The notes under the pieces were generated by a model that was not told the DNA's origin, did no database searches, and saw nothing but the letters and a program-made list of their open reading frames with translations. Source: Promethearchaeati archaeon (GTDB lineage Archaea; Asgardarchaeota; Heimdallarchaeia; Heimdallarchaeales; Heimdallarchaeaceae). Taken from it: 64,000 nucleotides of DNA. Location: assembly GCA_013166775.1 (NCBI GenBank), contig JABLTJ010000007.1:64001-128000 (forward strand), given 5' to 3'. Within the stretch, counting starts at the first letter, position 1; every line of letters starts with the position of its first letter. A program made the translations under genes and the position numbers. Positions 58,298 to 64,000 of the stretch are shown piece after piece.

Positions 58298-59590
58298 CTA
58301 TTCGAAGAAAGCAGTCTTAGAATATTTTACATCTTCAGCTATAACTCTCTCTCCTTCGTTCCATATTACTTGCTTCCCCCATGTTTTTTCTATTTCAACC
58401 AAACTCATCTCGAATTGTTGAGTAGTTTTATTTAGATATGTTTGTAATTGATTGAGCTTCTTTTGAATATTCACTCTATTACCTTTTCCAATTCCTGGGC
58501 ATGAAAAATCTAAGTCTACAATTATCTCATTTTCATCTACCTTTGAGACCAAAAATGGATAAAACTTACAATTAAAGGGTGCATATTTGTAAATTATACA
58601 TTCCCTATTCTTTAATTCTTGAAAAGTGCATATTCCGTTTTTTTGTTTTAAACAAAGTCCAATGTCTATTTTTCCAATATTCACTTTCTCTTTACCAAAA
58701 ATTGGTCTAGAGAAATCACTAAGAGTATATTTGAGTTCTTCAGATATTCTAATAGCTTCTGAATAACTTAGTGAAGGCAAATTACATGGAAAACAAATTC
58801 TATTTTTGAATGTAACCAGGAATTCCTCAATGTTACCCAGATTATTAGGGATTGGATTAGCTGAAAAATTACTTGGATATTCACAATAATTACAGCTTAA
58901 ACATTCAAAAAAGCATTTTTCAGGAATATTCCAACGTATTAGAACGTTTTCAGCTTCTATTACTTTAGTTGTTAAATAGAAAATTTTCGTTTCTATTTTC
59001 AGATTTTTTTCAACAGCTAGACTTCTAATCTGCTCACAAATGTCATCAATTGTACTATCTCTATAATGTGTTCTAAATCTAAAAAGATAATCATTTCGAA
59101 TTCTTAGTTTTGGGATAGATTCCAAATTTGAGAGTATTTTATTTCTTACCGAGATATCTTTTAAAAAAAGAAGAATTTCGTCTGGACATTCTGTATGAGA
59201 TCCATAAATTACTCGCATTTCCAAATCATTTTTCATTTCATAGGGATTAGATTCCCAATACGAATCAACTAGCTTTCTGTCTGAGATATATCCTAGTCCT
59301 ATTGATTTTCCGTCTTCTAACAGTTTTTCATTTACTCTTCTCAGGATATATGGAGAATAATTGAATAGTTTAGGATCAGGATTATCAGAAATTAAAATAG
59401 ACAATAGATCTTCTTCCGCCTTTTTTTCTATATCTTCACAAATCAGAAAACGTGAAACCATAGTGTACATTAGCTGAAGATTGCTAAAAAATTTTTGTAC
59501 GTACAAGATAGATTTTTTAATGAAATTATAATGAAGACATATAATGAATATAACCTCTAAGTTGTTAGTTTCATATAATAAAATAAACAA
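58298..59590 (-). CDS. YkgJ/UPF0153-like Cys-cluster protein with long N-terminal extension
   Basis: FECLSCNYC, C.F....C.IY..AP..CKFYPF, CPGIG; true start probably near 59461-59470. Confidence 0.75.
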   Translation of the reverse strand: MFILLYETNNLEVIFIICLHYNFIKKSILYVQKFFSNLQLMYTMVSRFLICEDIEKKAEEDLLSILISDNPDPKLFNYSPYILRRVNEKLLEDGKSIGLGYISDRKLVDSYWESNPYEMKNDLEMRVIYGSHTECPDEILLFLKDISVRNKILSNLESIPKLRIRNDYLFRFRTHYRDSTIDDICEQIRSLAVEKNLKIETKIFYLTTKVIEAENVLIRWNIPEKCFFECLSCNYCEYPSNFSANPIPNNLGNIEEFLVTFKNRICFPCNLPSLSYSEAIRISEELKYTLSDFSRPIFGKEKVNIGKIDIGLCLKQKNGICTFQELKNRECIIYKYAPFNCKFYPFLVSKVDENEIIVDLDFSCPGIGKGNRVNIQKKLNQLQTYLNKTTQQFEMSLVEIEKTWGKQVIWNEGERVIAEDVKYSKTAFFE

Positions 59591-61496
59591 TTATAACAAT
59601 AGCAACAATCTTAGGGGTCAAAATCTTGTTCTTAGTAATTTTCAAATTTTGGGGGAGTTATTCTTAATTCATCTTGCTGATAGAAGTGGATTATTAAGAA
59701 ACTCAAACAATTTTCCAGAAAAATATGAAAAAACGAAAAATCACTTCCTAGACATTTTTTCAAAGAAATTTAATGGAGAGTATATAACATTTTATCAAGA
59801 ATTAAGAGAGATTTTCACAACTGAAGCATTCAAAGAAAAAGATGATCCTTTTGGTATGCTTTATCAACAAATCATCTCAGCTACTAAGAAACAAAATAAA
59901 GGAATAGTTTTCACTCCATTTTCAATTATTGATTATATCCTGGAGCAGTTAAACTATCCAGAATCATTAGAGAATTCAGAGACAGCAAAATTAATAGATT
60001 TAGCTTGTGGATCCGGATTGTTTTTATCTAGAGCAACAAGGAGAATATGTACTTTAGGTAAGAAACAACAATTATCTCCACAAAAAATTGTAAGGTTTAT
60101 GGAAAAATCGATTTTTGGATTCGATATAGATCCTATTGCTGTTTTACTATCAAAGATCAATATAGTAATGGTGCTAATGGAAACTCTCAAAGCTGATTAT
60201 CCTTTTGAAAATCCAATATCAATAAATGTGCATAAAACAAATTCAATGGTTAAAGAGGGTAATTCCGATTCAAAGATAATTAAGGAAATTAAGTCAAGCA
60301 GTTTTGATTATATTGTAGGTAATCCTCCATATATAGAATCAAAGAAGATGGATATAAAAACCAAGAAAATTTGTCAAGAAAATTTCCCAGAGGACGCTAA
60401 AAGACATTATGACATTTATGCATTATTTTTAGTATTAGGAGCTAGTATGTTAAATGATACTGGACAATTAGGATTTATAATTCCAAATAAATTCCTCATA
60501 TCTAGATTTGCAAGACAATTCAGGGAAAGATTTCTAGAGGAAAATCTTATCTCTCAAATTTTGAATTTAGCACATCAGAAAGTTTTCATACCAGCTGTAT
60601 ATCCAATAATTTTACTTCTAAATAAACAAAGAAAAAAAGAAGAATCAATTAAGATGTTCACTAATATAGATTTAGAAGAGATTGCAACATCAGAGCTACA
60701 CAATAGAACAGAGTTTGTTAGTCCTGGATTTTTCGAAAAAACAAAAAACAAAACTATCTATTTCCCCCAAAACTGTGCCTTTCCTTTATTAGAAAGAGTA
60801 TTCTCTCAATCTCAACACTCTCTTGGAGATGTCATTAGATTCAGATGGGCTATATCTTTTCATAGGAAAGGATTAAGGGAGCAATTTGTTTCGAAAACTC
60901 CAAAAGGTGATAATCCACAAAAATTACTGGGGGGTAAACCTTTTGGTGGAAATAGGGAAATTGAGAGATATAAGGTAAAGTGGAATGGTTATTGGCTTGA
61001 TTACGATCGAGAAAAATCAACAACTCTTAAAAATAATTTTCAAGACTTGAAATACTTCAAGGAGAAAAAAATCATCATATGTCAGCATGCTTTGAGAATG
61101 AGAGCAACAATAGATACGCAAGGTTACGCTTGTAAAGATATTTTTCTTTTAGGACACCTACGAGATATTGGAAAACAACTAAATCTTTCGTTAGAATTCA
61201 TTTTAGGGTTATTGAATAGTAAATTGTTTAGTTTCATGTTTAACATAATGTTCTCAGGTTCAGAAATCATGGGAAAATATCTCCATTATCTACCTACATT
61301 TCTTCATGATCTACCGATTCTTATTCCTTCTGAAACAGAACAGAAACTGATGGAAGAGTACGTAAATCAAATGCTTAAAGAAGTAGATGATGAAGTTGAT
61401 AATAAAATAGATGAACTAGTTTTCAAATTATATGATTGTACGGAAGAAGAAATTAACTCTATAGAAGACCATATCTCAATGCATTTAGTAAAATAA
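59544..61496 (+). CDS. N6-adenine DNA methyltransferase (TaqI/Eco57I-like) with TaqI_C-like TRD
   Basis: G.VFTP, IDLACGSGLF, GFDID, GNPPY, GFIIPNKF, ILGLLNS; start uncertain. Confidence 0.9.
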   Translation: MNITSKLLVSYNKINNYNNSNNLRGQNLVLSNFQILGELFLIHLADRSGLLRNSNNFPEKYEKTKNHFLDIFSKKFNGEYITFYQELREIFTTEAFKEKDDPFGMLYQQIISATKKQNKGIVFTPFSIIDYILEQLNYPESLENSETAKLIDLACGSGLFLSRATRRICTLGKKQQLSPQKIVRFMEKSIFGFDIDPIAVLLSKINIVMVLMETLKADYPFENPISINVHKTNSMVKEGNSDSKIIKEIKSSSFDYIVGNPPYIESKKMDIKTKKICQENFPEDAKRHYDIYALFLVLGASMLNDTGQLGFIIPNKFLISRFARQFRERFLEENLISQILNLAHQKVFIPAVYPIILLLNKQRKKEESIKMFTNIDLEEIATSELHNRTEFVSPGFFEKTKNKTIYFPQNCAFPLLERVFSQSQHSLGDVIRFRWAISFHRKGLREQFVSKTPKGDNPQKLLGGKPFGGNREIERYKVKWNGYWLDYDREKSTTLKNNFQDLKYFKEKKIIICQHALRMRATIDTQGYACKDIFLLGHLRDIGKQLNLSLEFILGLLNSKLFSFMFNIMFSGSEIMGKYLHYLPTFLHDLPILIPSETEQKLMEEYVNQMLKEVDDEVDNKIDELVFKLYDCTEEEINSIEDHISMHLVK

Positions 61497-61559
61497 CCCA
61501 TTAATTTCATGCATTAGCACTTACAAAATGTTAAAATTCAATGGTTCTCTTGTTTAATT

Positions 61560-63383
61560 GTGTCATCAGATAAAAAAACCTCTAAAACAGAGCAATTTGA
61601 GGAAGCTGAGGAAGCTGAAGACATAGATAAAAAGCAGGAATTCCCAAGAGCTGCAAGTATTTCAGTTTCCTTTCTATCATGTTTATTTACAGCAGTTTTT
61701 GTTGGAGCTAAGTTATTCTTAATTATTTTTGATTTTTTAATTCCTAAATCCCTGAGGGAATATGTTCCATTCTTCGCTATGGTAAGAAAGTCAACAACTG
61801 CAGCTTCGGAAATGTTTGCTGGAAAAAAATCAAATGAAGTTGTTGAGGTTAAAGAAGAATTAGAAGAGCTTGAACTTAAAGGACAAAAAGTGAAAAAAGC
61901 TTACCCATTACGAAGAACTATTGGTCAAGCAATTAGTATGGGTATCACTCCTATTTTACTCATTGTCATACCCTCTGCTATTTGGGGAGAAAAAATAGTT
62001 GTGATGATCAGCAATAGATGGCCAGAAATTCCAACTATTGTAATTGGATTAGCATTAGGAACCATTATGTTGATCATATCTTGGATTGTCACAGTTTTTG
62101 GTCCTCTTTATGTTGTTTTTCACAATACTAGTAAGATTTTCATGGATCTTGGAGCATATCGTTGGGCTGCTTTGTATCAAGATTTAGAAAATTTGTTTTC
62201 AATACCATATTATGCTGCAAAATCTTCCTTTAGTTTCTTTGATGCGCCACCAATATCTTCTGAAACTTATCAAGAGTTTAAACTGGATTTGACTGATGAA
62301 ATTGTTACCATAAAAGAAAAGGTTGAAGGATTACTAGCTTTGGATGCTAATAACGTTCCTGATAGATCAAAAGAAATGCTTGAACAGCTATTGAAAAGAG
62401 TAGAAGTTCCAATAGAAAAATTTGACCTAACAAAGGTAACAAAACAGACTGCAAGGTCGTTTGCTTTGTTAATCTGGAGTAAGGAATCTTCTTTCTTTTA
62501 TTGGAGACGAAAAGAGGCATTTGAGAAATTCAAAATTAAGAATAAACTCTCTGAAGATGATGTAAATGTAGGTTTACTTTCAATAATTCATAGGATAAGA
62601 AGTGGAGACATTACTGATCTTTTATACAAATCTGTGATTGTTACAGGAGCATTGAAAGGAATAGCGAGTCAAGAGAAGAAGTACAAACAGACTATATCTG
62701 ATATTGAATATCAGAAATTAGCTCTTTCACTAGCCTTAGGTGCTCAACAATATATCACTGATACTTTCAGACCTATTAACAAATATGTTAAAATCATGAA
62801 ATTCATTGGATTTTTCTTTTTAGGAATCTCTCTTCCAATGTTGATAATCATATACTCTTTATTACAATATATCAAGCATTTGATTTTCTATCTACACAAG
62901 ATTTTATTTGCAACACCTGTCAAACGATACATTAAATCGTTAGAAGAAATGGATGCAATGAAATATATTGGATATGTTTCTTTACCACTAATAACTCCAT
63001 TCTTAGCTGTATGGGAGATTAAGTTTATTGTTCTAATCATTATAGAGCGATTCAGAGAAATAAAAAGAATATTTACTGATACTTATTTCTCAATGAAAGA
63101 GAAAGGGAAGAAACCCAATGTTAGAAAAGAGCACAATATTGATTTTCGAAAATTCTTCAAAAGATTTGGAAAAATACTACTGAAAATTATCCTTTTACCT
63201 GCAGTTCTATTATGGTCTTTAATTAAATCAATTTATAGACGATTAGTGAAATTGTTTGAAAGAAGAAAATCTGAAAACAAAGAAAAGAGACTCTTTGAGA
63301 AGGAAATTACTACCGAAACATTAGTTGCAATCTATCAAGAGCTTTATGATAAATTCATTTTAGAGAACATTAAACCTAGTTAA
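61560..63383 (+). CDS. multi-pass membrane protein of unknown family (paralogue B)
   Basis: Full-length similarity to 41492-43204. Confidence 0.8.
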   Translation: MSSDKKTSKTEQFEEAEEAEDIDKKQEFPRAASISVSFLSCLFTAVFVGAKLFLIIFDFLIPKSLREYVPFFAMVRKSTTAASEMFAGKKSNEVVEVKEELEELELKGQKVKKAYPLRRTIGQAISMGITPILLIVIPSAIWGEKIVVMISNRWPEIPTIVIGLALGTIMLIISWIVTVFGPLYVVFHNTSKIFMDLGAYRWAALYQDLENLFSIPYYAAKSSFSFFDAPPISSETYQEFKLDLTDEIVTIKEKVEGLLALDANNVPDRSKEMLEQLLKRVEVPIEKFDLTKVTKQTARSFALLIWSKESSFFYWRRKEAFEKFKIKNKLSEDDVNVGLLSIIHRIRSGDITDLLYKSVIVTGALKGIASQEKKYKQTISDIEYQKLALSLALGAQQYITDTFRPINKYVKIMKFIGFFFLGISLPMLIIIYSLLQYIKHLIFYLHKILFATPVKRYIKSLEEMDAMKYIGYVSLPLITPFLAVWEIKFIVLIIIERFREIKRIFTDTYFSMKEKGKKPNVRKEHNIDFRKFFKRFGKILLKIILLPAVLLWSLIKSIYRRLVKLFERRKSENKEKRLFEKEITTETLVAIYQELYDKFILENIKPS

Positions 63384-63499
63384 GCAAAGTTTTTTAAACA
63401 CAGATTTTTTGTTACAAATTCTTGGATAACAAGATTTATTAAATGAGTAACTGAATATCTGTTCGCAGTTACAATATTATCAAAATAACAAGTGATTTC

Positions 63500-64000
63500 A
63501 TGAGCAAAGATAAGAAATTAAAGGGACAGGCTTTTGGTCCAGCAATAGTATCAATAGCTAATGCAGCGAGAGCTTTTGATGCTCCAGTTAGATATCCTGT
63601 TTTATTCAAAGCCCCCCATCTTTTTGAGGAAGGTTTAGCTGGTACTATGGCATTTCCTCGAATGTCGTCATTCATAGCAATGATAGAGCATTTGTTTGGT
63701 TTTTTGATTTTATTTCCGATTTTATGGATAACAAGAGGGTTCAAAAAATTAAAAGAAGCAGTTAAAGATTTTGACAAAAGAGATTGGTTTGCACTATTTT
63801 TCATATCATTTGGAGGTTCAGCTTTAGGTTTGTTTTTCTTTCTGATATCATTTGCTTATGGAAATCCAACTATAGCAATCTTACTGCAGAAAGCTCAACC
63901 TCTGATAACTTTAATTTTTGCATTTTTTATTCTTAAGGAAAGACCAAAGATTCTATTTTGGGCTGCACTTGGTTTAGCTATTATTGGTATTGGTTTAATA
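63500..64000 (+). CDS. EamA/DMT transporter (runs off the window end)
   Basis: My translation from ATG 63500: MSKDKK...EHLFG...GGSALG...LLQKAQPLITLIFAFFILKER, open to the end. Confidence 0.85.
   Translation, partial: MSKDKKLKGQAFGPAIVSIANAARAFDAPVRYPVLFKAPHLFEEGLAGTMAFPRMSSFIAMIEHLFGFLILFPILWITRGFKKLKEAVKDFDKRDWFALFFISFGGSALGLFFFLISFAYGNPTIAILLQKAQPLITLIFAFFILKERPKILFWAALGLAIIGIGLI

Noticed and set aside
63469-63804. 111-aa minus-strand ORF
   Set aside because: It is the antisense shadow of the EamA transporter starting at 63500.
1-64000. CRISPR arrays, tRNA/rRNA genes, IS elements, prophage
   Set aside because: I saw no regularly spaced repeats, GC-rich structured RNA segments, or transposase, integrase or viral genes by eye; dedicated scans were not run.

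Overview
AT-rich (roughly 30% GC by eye), gene-dense chromosomal window from an archaeon, most likely an Asgard (Heimdallarchaeia-like) genome. The evidence is TATA-like promoters, GGTGA/GAGG ribosome-binding sites, frequent TTG starts, surface proteins with C-terminal TM plus basic tails, longin/DENN-like and RING proteins, and many bacterial-type metabolic genes. I count about 55 CDS and several decayed gene remnants, and saw no rRNA, tRNA, CRISPR array or transposase. Main leads: (1) a radical SAM/SPASM enzyme with a fused MftB-like RiPP-recognition element lies about 3 kb from an MftD-family flavin oxidase whose N-terminus contains the mycofactocin-core-like motif GxCGVY, next to a peptidase, suggesting a possible mycofactocin-like pathway with no free precursor gene. 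(2) A longin plus complete DENN (folliculin-like) protein and a membrane-anchored RING E3-like protein. (3) Two full-length paralogues of an unassigned multi-pass membrane protein family, about 18 kb apart. (4) Bacterial-type LigA clustered with the NMN deamidase CinA, and a bacterial-type RNase III. (5) A caspase/CHAT-like secreted fragment, a catalytically dead archaemetzincin, two orphan N6-adenine methyltransferases and several clear operator motifs. All family assignments come from motif recognition; no searches were run.
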